From: Octopus sinensis
Lineage: Eukaryota
NCBI RefSeq assembly: GCF_006345805.1
Contig: NC_042997.1
Location: 100,812,001-100,876,000, forward strand
Direction: 5' to 3'
DNA: 64,000 bases
Below the pieces are notes generated by a model that was given only the letters and a program-made list of their open reading frames with translations, did no database searches and was not told the origin of the DNA. Below, piece after piece: positions 24,965-42,023 of this stretch (within the stretch, counting starts at the first letter, position 1; every line of letters begins with the position of its first letter). The position numbers and the translations under genes are program-made.

Positions 24965-25982
24965 ATTGAAAAATTTCGTTATAGGTATAAAGATACAATA
25001 AACAAGATAAAAATGGAGAAAATATGTAAAAATCAAAATTGAATTCAATACATACGCACGTTTCAAAAGACAATACAAATATTTAAGAAATAATAATAAT
25101 AAAAATTACAATTGTAATTTAAGTAATGCATTGTCATTCTCATCAGTGTGAAGAATTTTTAGGAAAAAACATCAAAAAAGTTAATAAAATTCAATAAGGA
25201 AAAACAGATGGGGTAATAAGGAAAAATTAAACCAGATAGCTACAAAAAAGTTGTAAAAGGGAAAAATAAGATAGATGAAAAAGAAAGACATATCAATGTG
25301 TATGCAAGTCTATTAGTGCAAAAAGCTTTAACTTAAAAAGTCAAACGGATATATTTAAAAGATAGCAAAAGATCTAGACGAAAAATAATGTAAACAAAAA
25401 CACGTGTGTCTAGCAGAAAAAAAGCCACAGAGTCAAACGTATTCATATTTATATTGAAAAAGAAAAAATATATTACAAGAAGCTTTTTTCTGTTAGTGAA
25501 CGTGTTTATATCTGCTAGACACACGTGTTTTTGTTTACATTATGTTTCGTCTAGATCTTTTGCTATTTTAAAAATATATCCGTTTAACTTTTTAAGTTAT
25601 AGCTTTTTGCACTAATAGACTTGCATACACATTGATATGTCTTTCTTTTTCGTCTACCTTATTATTTTTCCCTTTTCCAACTTGCTTGTAGATATCTGGT
25701 TTAATTTTTCCCTATTACCCCATCTGTTTTTCCTTATTGTATTTTATTAATAACTTTTTTGATGTGTTTTCCTAAAAATTCTTCACAATGATGAGAATGA
25801 CAATGCATAACTTAATTAAAATCATTATCATTATAATTTTTCTGAAATATTTGTATTGTCTTTTGAAACGTGTGTATGTATTGAATTCAATTTTGCATTA
25901 AATTCAATTTTGATTTTAACATATTTTCTCCATTTTTATACTTGTTTATGGTATCTTTATACCTATAACGAATTTTTTCAAT
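24965..25982. repeat. Long inverted repeat of PLE type with a hammerhead in each arm
   Basis: Arms 24965-25417 and 25511-25982 are reverse complements around a spacer of about 93 nt. Confidence 0.9.
25050..25149 (-). ncRNA. Minimal type I hammerhead ribozyme motif, core intact
   Basis: ACA-CTGATGA-GAATGACAAT...ATTGTCTTTT-GAAA-CGTGCG-TA-TGT. Confidence 0.65.
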
Positions 25983-26115
25983 TGTTATTTTCATATTCTT
26001 GATACTTTCTCTAGCTGATTTGTATGAATATGACGAATTTTTTATTTGAAACTATTTTTCTCTATTTTTGATCCTTCAAAAAGTCTCAATTGTTCTTTTT
26101 GAACTTATTTTTTTC

Positions 26116-26217
<102 letters not shown>

Positions 26218-26599
26218 ACGTATCAGTATTTGTGTTTGTCACCCTACTGCTTGACAATTTGTATTGGTTTGTTTACGCTCCTCTAACTTAGCTTTTCAGC
26301 AAAACAATTAGTATAGAGGTCGATTTTATTCGACTAGACCTTTAAGGTGATGCCTTCCCTACCCCAGAATGGCCGCAGTTCAATGATTGAAAGAAAAGAT
26401 AAGAAATGAAAGATATATCGAAGAAGAGAAAGTTCTTTTGAAAGCCAAAATATTTTGAATAGTGAATGTTCCTAACAACTAAAAAGAACTGTTCGAATAT
26501 TATGATGCATTATTTACTACTCTTCAATTTGACTATTTCTATTTTAAGATCTTTATATTTGGATAGTTACTTAATTTCATTTCGAGAAGGGATTACATC

Positions 26600-27250
26600 T
26601 GTGGAAAGTGATTCTCGATCAGGAGGCATTACTTTCCTTAATGGTCATTGACAAGAACATCTGCTCATTTAGTCTTTATCTTCATATCTGTGAAATATCC
26701 ATGTAAAAGAGCTCAACTGCTTTGTAAGTTTTTTTTTATGGCTGCGTCTGGAAGGAGAGGAAATGCTACTGCTAGCGATGGTTTTTCTCGATCTTTGAGA
26801 TTGATGTTATTAACGGTCCTCTTGAATATTCGCAAGTGAACCTTACTGTAAATATGTGATCAGGGAATGGCGGAAATTCCAGAGGACTGACGTTCTGGCA
26901 AAGAAGGACTGGGTGTATTGATTAGTAAAGTGTCTGGGGTGGATGGGATTGGACACAATAAGGGTGATGAGAAGTGGAAAGATGAGTGAAGGTGACATGA
27001 GTTCATGATGAGCAAAGACCACTATAGTAGCAGTAGAAAAGATCGAGAGAGGAGACAACGTGCTTATGAGCCAGAAACTAGAGATTGTCTATGAGTGACT
27101 TTTTGGCAGTTTGTCAGAGAGCCCTTTCTGAATACGGTGTGGGATATTTAGATGCTTGTAGTTTTCTTGTTGCATGAGGCTTATATTTTCATGCAGTCAT
27201 GGTAAACATAATATCTTATGTTAAAGTTTGAGTGGTGCCATTATTTTTCT
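26600..27250 (-). mobile_element. Degraded 3' fragment of a CR1/L2-group LINE
   Basis: Minus-strand QYTQSFFARTSVLWN, a typical ORF2 C-terminal motif. Confidence 0.55.
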
Positions 27251-27459
27251 TGTGTTGCTGTCTAATCTTGCTAATATAGTTATCGAATTGTTGAAAATAT
27301 TGTAAAAAGTATTACTGGGATAGTTAAATTGGTGATTCCGTTTATCTTACTTTTCCAAATTTGTCTCTTTTTTTTAGGCGTTAGCGTAATATGATTCCTT
27401 CTTAATATTCTTTTCGTGCATGTGTGTGTGTGAGTGTGTGCGCGCGTGTATATGTATAC

Positions 27460-27496
<37 letters not shown>

Positions 27497-28432
27497 TTTG
27501 TACTCGGGTTAATTAATATTTGTGAACTTTGATCTAATTCTGTCATCTCTATTTCTTTAACATAATTTTATCTTTTGAATTTTCTTATCTTCAAGGACTC
27601 TTACCTCTTCATGGTTGCTGTGGTTCAGTTTCTTTTTAGTTGAAATATCATATTACTCTACTGTATATAAAAGTACTTTTTCAGTTGCTAGTCATCTGCA
27701 GTGTACAAGTCGATGTCATCCACATACTAAGTTAGAGATTATTTGTTGTTTTCTAATTCTAAAGTTACTTTATGACACATGGTAAATAGCATAGTGGTTA
27801 TATTCTATTAAATCATATTGCGGATTGAGATGGATTATAAAATTTTTTTTTCCGAAATTTATCACTTTTATGTTATTTATCACTTTTATGTCATCCACAG
27901 TTATATATATATTTTTTTGAAACTATCTCTTATGATTGTCGTGTCTTTTCTGGAAAGTTTAATTTGACAATAGGGACATTGTATAACCAGCTGTAGCACA
28001 TATCTAATTTACGCGTCATAGTTATTTGCAGATTTGTTGAAGCCGCTACATTGTTATCGTGCTTCATGTGGTGATTTCTGCATTTATTTTCCGACAGAGA
28101 GATACAAACATACTTCATGTTTTTTGACATTTAAATACAACCTTAAATGGGACTAAAAGAGAGCAACAAAAAGTCAATCGTTTCAAGTATCAGTGATGTT
28201 ACGTAGAAGGCAAATGCAGATTAAGATGATTCATGTGTCAGTTTCATTGAAATATATGGAAAAATTGGTAACAGAATCAATACATAAAAATTGTTTATAG
28301 TTTAATCAGTAACGGGATGTTGACAATTCACCTAAAGTCAATTTTTACGATGTTTAAAAATTTCTGTTTCTACAATAAGTTGCAGGAAATGAATTTTTAA
28401 CATACTGAATATATTTAATTGAAAATTTCCAG

Positions 28433-28604
28433 ATATGAAAAACTGCTAGGTGTGGCGAAGAAAGCAAGTGTCAAAAAAGGCTTTGCTACAGGTGTAGCAA
28501 CTGGTTTCTTTTGGTTCTCCATCTTTGGTTACTATGCTTTAGGATTTTGGTATGCTGCTAAGATCATTCGTGAAGATAACTACAGAGTTGCGGATGTGCT
28601 CATT
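28433..28604 (+). CDS. ABCB1: ABCB1-like exon (TM5)
   Basis: tttccag|...|gtaagt. YEKLLGVAKKASVKKGFATGVATGFFWFSIFGYYALGFWYAAKIIREDNYRVADVLI. 172 nt. Confidence 0.95.
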
Positions 28605-29013
28605 GTAAGTAATATTTCGTTTTATTAAGGCTTTATCGAAGATTATCTATACTATAATAAAATTATCTTTAAAAGCTATCACTATTTCCAGATCACACAC
28701 ACACACAAAATTTTCAGGATTCAAGAGAATCAGGTACTTAACTGGTAAAATACCAAAATCTGGTCGGCGATAGCATTATCGTGTACAAACAATATTAAAG
28801 GACAAATACGTATTTACTAAGGTAAACACGGATTTGTACTCTGCTTGTGCGTACAGTCACAACCGGCCGAGTAAGCGCACAACGAGTCGTCAAGGTCACA
28901 CATGGGTACACTCATTGCATCTATTGGACCACATTCAATAGGCTCTAGCTCCAAACAAATAGCAGGTTCCGAGTTAGGTGACTGATAAACAAATAGCAAC
29001 AGATGGATTGTGG

Positions 29014-29090
29014 TTCACTACAGCTGTTTCAAACGTGTGTTTTATTGGTGAACAGAAATGTTACATCATGTAACGTTTTCCTCAGGTGAA
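29014..29090 (-). ncRNA. Minimal type I hammerhead ribozyme motif, core intact
   Basis: TTCAC-CTGAGGA-AAACGT...ACGTTT-GAAA-CAGCTG-TA-GTGAA. Stems I and II pair perfectly and stem III is palindromic. Confidence 0.75.
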
Positions 29091-29255
29091 TACATATAAG
29101 AATTAAGCATTTTGAATATCTCAAGAACAAGTACAAAGTGCTATTTGACTCTACTGACCCAAATTCGGTCAGAGAGTGAAGACTCTAACGCTAGCATCAA
29201 GTTTATAAGGAAGAACTCGTAAAGGGACAGGGGAGTGGATGGGAAGTACAGTGGA

Positions 29256-29700
29256 AGGAGAAATGGTGAAGAGAGGGGAGATAAGGGAAAGTGTATGACC
29301 ACGATTGACCTCGTAAAGTGCTATAAGGTTATTACTAGTTAGCTGACAGGGTCTTGAGACTGCTTTTTACTGCGCTTATTCTGAATGCCCAGTCAACTAA
29401 CTAATAATAACTTATTTATAACTCTTTACAAAGTCAAATGTGGATCTTACACTTTTACTTATCTCTCCTCTCTTCACCATTTCTCCTAGGATTACCACCT
29501 ATGTGGACACCCTAATGCTAGAAGTAGATCCGTTATGGTCTTACCACTAAGAATTATTCTCTTGAAAATTTAGCAAACACCAGAATCGTAAGCGAGCAAG
29601 GCAAATGAAAGTAACAAAAATCTATATATAGAACAATTCTTAGTGGTAAGACCATTGCGGATCTACTTCTAGCATTAGGGTGTCCACATAGGTGGTAATC
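29256..29700. repeat. Two abutting inverted repeats
   Basis: Pair 29256-29351 / 29388-29487 and pair 29490-29560 / 29630-29700. Confidence 0.85.
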
Positions 29701-30418
29701 ACTCTTATATGTATGTAATATATATATATATCTATATCTATCTATCTATACATATATGACGTACTAACGTCATACATACATATATACATACACATACATA
29801 CGTACATATGTCATGTTGCCAGTGGATTAAGTCGTTTGCATTTCAGAGTTTTCACCAGCAATAGTATAGCAACTATTCAGCAGTCAACTGCTAACCACAG
29901 TTTGCTTCACAGTTCACGCATCTAGTATGGAATAAGAGACATCGAACAGATGTATTGCTAATACAGTGACTAGCCACAAACACTACTAGCCATCTGACAT
30001 AGTTTACAGTCACAAACCATAGCAATGTATGCAACTGTTACAAGCCATAATCCATTGCTGCTTAAGTATCCTGTAATTATTAGCCATTGCAGTTTACATA
30101 ATTTACAGTAATTTTGTAGCTTTTGTTGCTTAAAGTTAGACGTGCTTCGATCTCCGTAGCATTAGCAGGATTTCTGCTCTGAACGGAGCTCTTTATTCAG
30201 CAAATCTCAATTTGAGTCACATTCTTATCTTAACGAAAATACAATGCAGTAAACCAATCCCAGTAACAATATATTCCAAGAGAATCCACAATACACAAGC
30301 ATACTTTATAACACAGTTTCTATATATGAATTATGTAACGAACATAGACACAAAAACATTTGTATAAGGCGTTTATTTCGACGATCGTATTTGATAAGAC
30401 AGGGGGAAAAGCAGAAAA

Positions 30419-30492
<74 letters not shown>

Positions 30493-30849
30493 TACATACA
30501 TATACACGCATACACACGCACATGCACGCGCGCACACACACATAGATGCACACAGTCACACACACAGACACATGTGGCGAACAGGTTCGAGAAAATTTCA
30601 AGGTATTTCAGAAAAATATATGCAGGAAGCCCACGCTCTACGGAAGTGGCGCGTTCCTGAAAATCTGGTTATAACACGAAATTCTGTAATGCGAAATGAA
30701 TTTTCCCATTGATTTTCATATTATCCAATGAGATTGCGTTTCTATGGATATTTTTGAAAGGAATAAAAGAAGCACAAGAAAACAACGGGGAACGGTCAAA
30801 GCTATCACATTTATACTCGAAAATAACTATTTCTAAATATACACGGCAC

Positions 30850-34470
<3,621 letters not shown>

Positions 34471-37400
34471 ATGGACATGGACATGGAGGTGAAAAAAACC
34501 AAAAAAGGAAGAAAAACTGAAGCTAAAACACAGACAAAGCCAAGGGGCAAGGCAGCCAGGGATAGAGGCAAACCTAACTATCCATATGCCAAAAGGATGG
34601 AAACAAGCAGCGCACACGGGTATGTAGGTTCTACCTGAAGGTGCCTGCCGGCATGGAGAGGAAGGTGCAGGCTGCCGCTTTGCACATCCGGACCCTGCCA
34701 CAGAAACCAACCACCGAAAGGAAATGGGATGGACCACGCATCACCTGCCCCAAAACGGAGGTACGCAGATGTGGTGCGTACCACAAACCACCAACGTGTT
34801 GTTGAAAGGGCAGCTGCTGAGCAGGAATCTTTTTTGTGCATGGCACAAAAGATTGTACAGCAGCTAACCTGGCTCCATCAGGCTCAGGCTCGCAGATGGA
34901 ACTGCCCACAGTTCACAAGACCGCCACAGGACAAAAGTCCCGTTCCTGAGAGACTTTGTCGCATGCAATCAAGCCTTATGCATAGCACTCACAGAAACGC
35001 ATCTGAAACCGGACATAGCAGATGCGGAATTACACATACCACAGTATGTTGTACTACGGACCGACAGGAAAGAAAGGAGTCATGGAGGAGTTGCTATGTA
35101 CATCCGTGGGGACCTCACACCCCAGGTCCTTTTGTCATACTCAAACTCGGTGTGTGCACACTAATTGTACACATAAGGCACTTTGATGTAGTTGTGTGTG
35201 CTACATATCGCCCTCCAGATGCCCCAAGTCATATGGGCAAGTTTGAGGACTGCCTTTTAAAAATAGAAGAAGTTCTAATCACATTAGAACAACACATAAG
35301 TGTACTTCTCATGGGAGACTTCAATCTACCCAATGTCAGATGGCCCGAGGGCCTTTCTCTCCCAGGAATGACAAGATGTGAACGAGGACAGGCGAGGTCC
35401 CTCCTGAACCTCATCAACACCCTGTACATGGAGCAAGTAATACTCCAACCAACCAGAGCAGGTAACACACTGGATCTCTGCTTCACAAATAATATGGATC
35501 TCATCCATAATGTGAAAGTGACACCGACACTACTCTCGGATCACAACATGGTAGAGCTGACCATGTACGGGCCAAAAGAGAGCACGGACATGCAGCCTAC
35601 AAGAAACCCTCAGAATCTTTCCAGCTTGAACTTCAATAAGGCAAACTGGAAACAAATTGAGAAAGAGATCCTCAAACAAAACTGGCCTGAATGTCTCTCC
35701 TCGCCGGACATCGACATGATACTTCAACAATTCATGTCTGTAATGCAAGCCATATGCTACAATGTGTCCCAGAGAGAAAGGCCACTGTACACAAGGACAA
35801 AATCCCCAGAGAGAGGAAAAATTTAATGAGACGGCGTACAAAAATTTCAAATCGCCTAACAAACAAATTGAAAGCAGTGAAAAGTCCCGCCTGAAAATAA
35901 AACTGTTGAAATTGAAAATTGTCTGCAACTCTCCCATGAGAAGGAAGAGCAGACAAAGAAGCCTGGGCTATAGACAACATAAAAACTACCCCAGAGCTTT
36001 CTACAGGTATGCCAAAGAAACAGCTACGGTGCACTGTAGGATAGGCCACTCCTTGAAAAGGATGGCACACTCACAGGAAAACCAATGAGGGTAAGTGAAA
36101 TACTGAATGAACAATTCAAGAGTGTTTTCACCTCACCCTTGGGCATTTCCAAATCAGCAATCCAACTGACTTCTTTACCACTGCAGATATAGAATCAGAG
36201 GCGGCGACGATAAATTACATCGATATAAAGGAAGACGATGTAATAAAGGCTATAGATGAAATGAAAACAGACTCAGCTATTGGCCCGATGGATTCCCGGC
36301 AATCCTCCTAAAAGTATGTAAGAGAGTCCTAGCAAGACCACTGCAGTTCCTCTTTCAGAGCTTCCTTGCAGCTGGCAAACTTCCAAGAAAACTGAAGGAA
36401 GGTAAAATATGCCCTATTCATAAAGGAGGTAGCAGAGCGGAGGCCAAGAACTACAGACCTATCTCTCTGACCTCACACATCAGCAAGGTCATGGAACGAA
36501 TAGTCAGAAGGAAACTAATCACCTTCCTTGAAGAAAATGACTTGCTGCCTGACACCCAACATGGTTTCCGACCAGGAAGAAGCTGCTTAACTCAGCTCCT
36601 GCAGCACTATGACTGGGTGCTGAAACAACTGCTCAACCACTCAAATGTGGAAGTCATATATCTCGACTTCGCAAAGGCCTTCGATAAAGTCGATCATGGA
36701 ATGATATGTCACAAACTGCGTGATCTTGGCATAGTTGGAAAATTGGGAGAATGGCTTCATGACTTTCTGAAGAATAGAAGTCAGGTGGTAGCAGCCAATG
36801 GGGCCACTTCCATTAGCACGCAAATTGTGAGCGGTGTTCCACAGGGCACTGTTTTGGGACCACTACTGTTCATAATGGCCCTCTCAGACATGCCCTCAGC
36901 CACGCGGAGAGCCACGATCACAAGTTATGCAGATGATACAAAAGTTTCACAGGCAATACAGAACCCTGAAGACACTAAGCACCTGCAATGTGAGCTGGAC
37001 GAAATATACAAGTGGGCTGAAAAGAATAGCATGCAGTTCAATGCTGAAAAGTTTCAAGCTTTATACTATCAGCATGCAAAACTGAATGCAATACCCAATG
37101 AATACACTGGACCCGGAGGGATTGCAATCCCAGAGGCACAATCAGTGCGTGACCTGGGTATTCACATGAGTGATGACGCGACCTTTCATGTGCATGTTGC
37201 TAAACTGACAATGAAATGCAGACGGCTGGCTGGATGGATTCTTAGAACCTTTAGAACAAGAGAACAAGAAACCATGATGGTCCTCTGGAAGACACTTGTC
37301 CTAAGCCACTTTGACTATTGCTCTCAGCTATGGTCACCATCCAGTGTCAAGTTTATCACAGAACTTGAGGCGATCCAACGAAGCTACACGAAGAAGATAG

Positions 37401-37920
37401 CCTCTGTGCAGCAATACGAGCTACTGGGAGAGACTCAAGAGATTAAAGCTCTATTCCCTGGAGCGTAGGCGAGAAGATATGCCATAATATATATCTGGAA
37501 GATCCTGGAAGGTCTTGTCCCAGACTTTGGCACCGAGAGTCACACAAACGCCAGAACCGGACGCCACTGCGTAGTACCAAGGACTCCAAATTTGCCATCA
37601 AGATGTAGGACAAGATATTGTGTTAGCCTGGGCTTCAGAGGCCCACGGCTCTTCAATGTCCTCCCGAAGAACCTGAGGGACCTGCATGGTGTAGATGCGG
37701 ATGTCTTAAAGTAGGACTGGATCTCTTCCTGTCAGGTGTCCCGGATGAACCAACTTCACGGCAGGAGGTGCAGATGAGGGCAGCTACATCGAACTCTCTC
37801 ATGCATCAGATGACGTTTGCTAAAAGCATCCGCGAGGTAAACCGTGTAGCAAACCAAATGGCGGTGCCCCAGCATGGCCACAGCTCATTAGCTGAAACTG
37901 GAAAAATCAAATCAAAATCA
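34471..37920 (+). mobile_element. CR1/L2-group LINE, near full length and frameshifted
   Basis: APE motifs YRPP, MGDFNLP, NTLDL, SDH. RT motifs QHGFR, YLDFAKAFDKVDH, GVPQGTVLGPLLF, YADD, RDLG. 3' tail GGCGGTGCCCCAGCATGGCCACAG...(AAATC)n. Confidence 0.9.
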
Positions 37921-38254
37921 TATATATATATATATATATATATACAATATTTATATTATTCATATATATATATATATATAATATATATACATATATATAT
38001 ATATATATAGATATAATATATATATAATATATATTATATATATATATATATATCTATTATGTATATTTATATTTCTTCATATATATATATATATATACAT
38101 ATATTTAATATTATTCATATATATATATATATATATATAATATATATTTATATTATTCATATATATATATATATATATATATCTATATATATATACATAT
38201 ATTTATTTATTCATATATATATATATATATTTATATTATTCATATATATACATA

Positions 38255-38292
<38 letters not shown>

Positions 38293-38304
38293 TTTATATT
38301 ATTC

Positions 38305-38337
<33 letters not shown>

Positions 38338-38347
38338 TTATATTATT

Positions 38348-38426
<79 letters not shown>

Positions 38427-38624
38427 GAATACATATATATATTATTCATATATATACATATATTTATATTATCATATATATATTATATATATATATATCT
38501 ATTTATATTATTCATATATACATATATATATAATATATTATATACATATATTTATATTATTCATATATATATTTATATTATTCATATATATACATATATT
38601 ATATATATACATATATTTATATTA

Positions 38625-38680
<56 letters not shown>

Positions 38681-38825
38681 TTTATATTATTCATACACAC
38701 ATATATATATAATATATATATAGATATATATATATATTATATATATATATATATACATATATTTATATTATTCTATATATACATTATTTATATTATTCAT
38801 ATATATACATATATTTATATTATTT

Positions 38826-39090
38826 CTTATGAAAGAGACAGGATAAGCGGTCTGGTCTTGGTAAAGATAGCAGTTGGAAAGATGGCTTCCTTCTGATCAC
38901 GTGTGAGTGACGAGAGAGTCGAGGAGGAGGAGGAGGAGGAGTAAGAGAGAGGGAACGGTGAAGGGGAGAGGAGAAGACAGTGGAGCCAGTGAAAGATTGG
39001 ATGTGTTTATCCCTATTTTCCTTGTATTGGATTTAATTTTAAATATTACTTGTATATCCCTTCTCTCTCTCTCTCTCTCTCTCATCTATA

Positions 39091-39121
<31 letters not shown>

Positions 39122-39362
39122 GTATATATGTATATATATGTATATATGTGTATATATGTATATATGTATATATATGTATATATATGTATATATATGTATA
39201 TATGTGTATATATGTATATATGTATATATATGTATATATATGTATATATATGTATATATGTATATATATGTATATATATATATGTATATATATATACATG
39301 TATATATATTTCATATATCAAGCTTAAGCATGTTTATTTGCATCCCTGTGTACACATGTATT
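38826..39362 (-). repeat. Inverted partial copy of the 30912-33780 composite repeat
   Basis: Reverse complement of 33520-33780 plus 30912-30960. Confidence 0.85.
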
Positions 39363-39488
39363 ATATGCATATGTATATATATATATATCTACATATTTTT
39401 ATATTATTCATATATATATATATATATAATATAATATATATATATATATTTATATTCTATATATATAATATATGCATATATTTATATT

Positions 39489-39535
<47 letters not shown>

Positions 39536-39652
39536 TATTCATATATATATATATATATATGCATATATTGATATATTCATATATATATATATATACATAT
39601 ATTTATATATATACATATATTTATATATATATATATACATATATTTATATTA

Positions 39653-39695
<43 letters not shown>

Positions 39696-40148
39696 TACAT
39701 ATATTTATATTATTCATATATATATATACATATATTTCTATTATTCATATATATTATATATATATATATATAATATATATATTATATATATCATACATAT
39801 ATATATATATATATAACATATATATATATATATTTATATTATTCATTATATATATATATATATACATATATTATATTATTCATATATATATATAACATAT
39901 TTTATATTATTCATATATGTATATATATACATATATTTATATTATTCATATATATATATATATATATATAATACATATATTTATATTATTCATATATATA
40001 TATCTATATATACATATATTTATATTATTCATATATATATATATATACATATATTTATATTATTCATATAATATATATATATTACATATATTTATATTAT
40101 TCATATATATTATATATAATATATATTATATATATATATATATATATA

Positions 40149-40186
<38 letters not shown>

Positions 40187-40197
40187 TTTATATATTC

Positions 40198-40233
<36 letters not shown>

Positions 40234-41565
40234 CGAGAGTGAGGAGAGAGAGATAAAGAAAAAGAGAAGCAAAAAGTCAGGGGAGTAAAACCGAAACTTT
40301 ATTAATAAAATATTCAGATGAACACTCGCGTATGAGCATACAGATATTTATATGTTTACAAAATAAATAAATTTACAGGGAGTACAAAAAATACCGAAAG
40401 CTAAGGGAAAAAGTCATGATATTTTAAGTCCGATAGCTGTTTCTGGGGCCTCAGAATTACATAATAGTTGTACTGTTCATAACTGGCTGATGCAGCGTGG
40501 AAAAAATTCGAGGATACGCAATCAGTAGAGGTTTCATATAAACATTACCGTAATACCGGCCTCCTTCGTCACGGTAGAAAGATCGGCAAATAGTAAAGAC
40601 TTTGAGCGTAAGTTCAAATCATTTGAGCATTACTACGTGTGTTCTATGTTGAATATCTCTGGATCTCATTTGCAAACTATCTATATGTGCACACACACGC
40701 ATACATACACACGCACACACAAACACACACACACACATATAAAGTATGGAGGTTTAGTTCACAGGTGATTTACTAGGGTTCCAAGATTATAGCCGAGACG
40801 GTAGTTATGGAGCCATTGCAGATTTCCGATACAGTGGATATATAATTATTAAACAGGACAACAAATATTAAGGCAAAGGCAAACATCTCAAGTCGTATAC
40901 AATATTATTCTTTGAAGGGATTCAAAATCTAACAGCTGTTTCTGGGATATCCCCGAGTGTGGGATATTCTGTCATTAGATATATAGGGAAAAAATAGGGA
41001 AAATGAGAATGGTATATATTAATGAGATGACGACAAGGGAAGGGGGTAAAAGAATAAGGAGATGGAAAGAAAGAAGAAAAAGAAGCATAAAAATTCATAG
41101 TTCAACTTTCTGAAGTTATAGTAACAAGAGCATGAGTCCTTTGGTGCAATCCTGCGTAAATCCATGAGTGTAAGTCCTTAGGTGCAATCCTTTGTTGATC
41201 CATGTGGGTTAAAATCCTGATATAGTAGACATCCCGAGAAAAAAGACGCGAACATATCAACGTTCAATAACAGAAAGGTAGCGGAGGTGGCTGTGCGTAT
41301 ATATATATATAAAATTATTGAAGTATCATTTTAAGATAAAATGTATTAAGGTGTCACTAGTTAAGTTCTCAAATTGGAACGTTGCCCAAAGATCTTGGAA
41401 GAGATGTTTAAGGACATAAAGTGAACCAAAAGAGCAGTTATATATTAGAAAATAAGAGAGAATAGAACAAGTATATTTGGAATAGTCACAACAAGGAGTA
41501 TATTAACATATAGAATCGTATGATTAGAATAGGAATGTACAATAGAGAATAAGATGTATAAAAAT

Positions 41566-41652
41566 TCTTATGATCGTTTCACGATTATGTAACTTATCTG
41601 AATGAAATCGAAATGATAATCATATTGAAGCTGCATAACCATTCTTCAGAGA
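41566..41652 (-). ncRNA. Type I hammerhead motif, conserved boxes intact
   Basis: TCT-CTGAAGA-ATGGTTATG...CATAATCGT-GAAA-CGATCA-TA-AGA. One mismatch in the stem III palindrome. Confidence 0.6.
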
Positions 41653-42023
41653 TATAAAAGGAAGAAAACCGTTCTTAAATTTTAGCCGTGTTTATAAGAG
41701 TTAGTTAATTCATAGTGGTATAGTTATGAGTCATACGAATTCTGTATAAATTTCCAAATAGTAATCCGACACAATTAATAAAAATAATTGTTCCCTATTA
41801 ATATTTTTTCAGTCAGAAACAATATATTCAGTAGATACTACCTGCCCGCTAAATAAATGTTTCGGTTTTACTCCCCTGACTTTTGAACTTTCACTCTTCC
41901 AATGAATTTACATTTAGACACTTTCTATAAATTTATTCTCCACTAAGTCATCTATTTAACAATAATTATATTTGCATAAAATAGCATATATTCTCATACT
42001 TTTTATATCTATTGTTAATATTT

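Noticed and set aside
34729-37468. 365-aa and 325-aa ORFs as host genes
   Set aside because: They are frameshifted endonuclease and RT pieces of one LINE.
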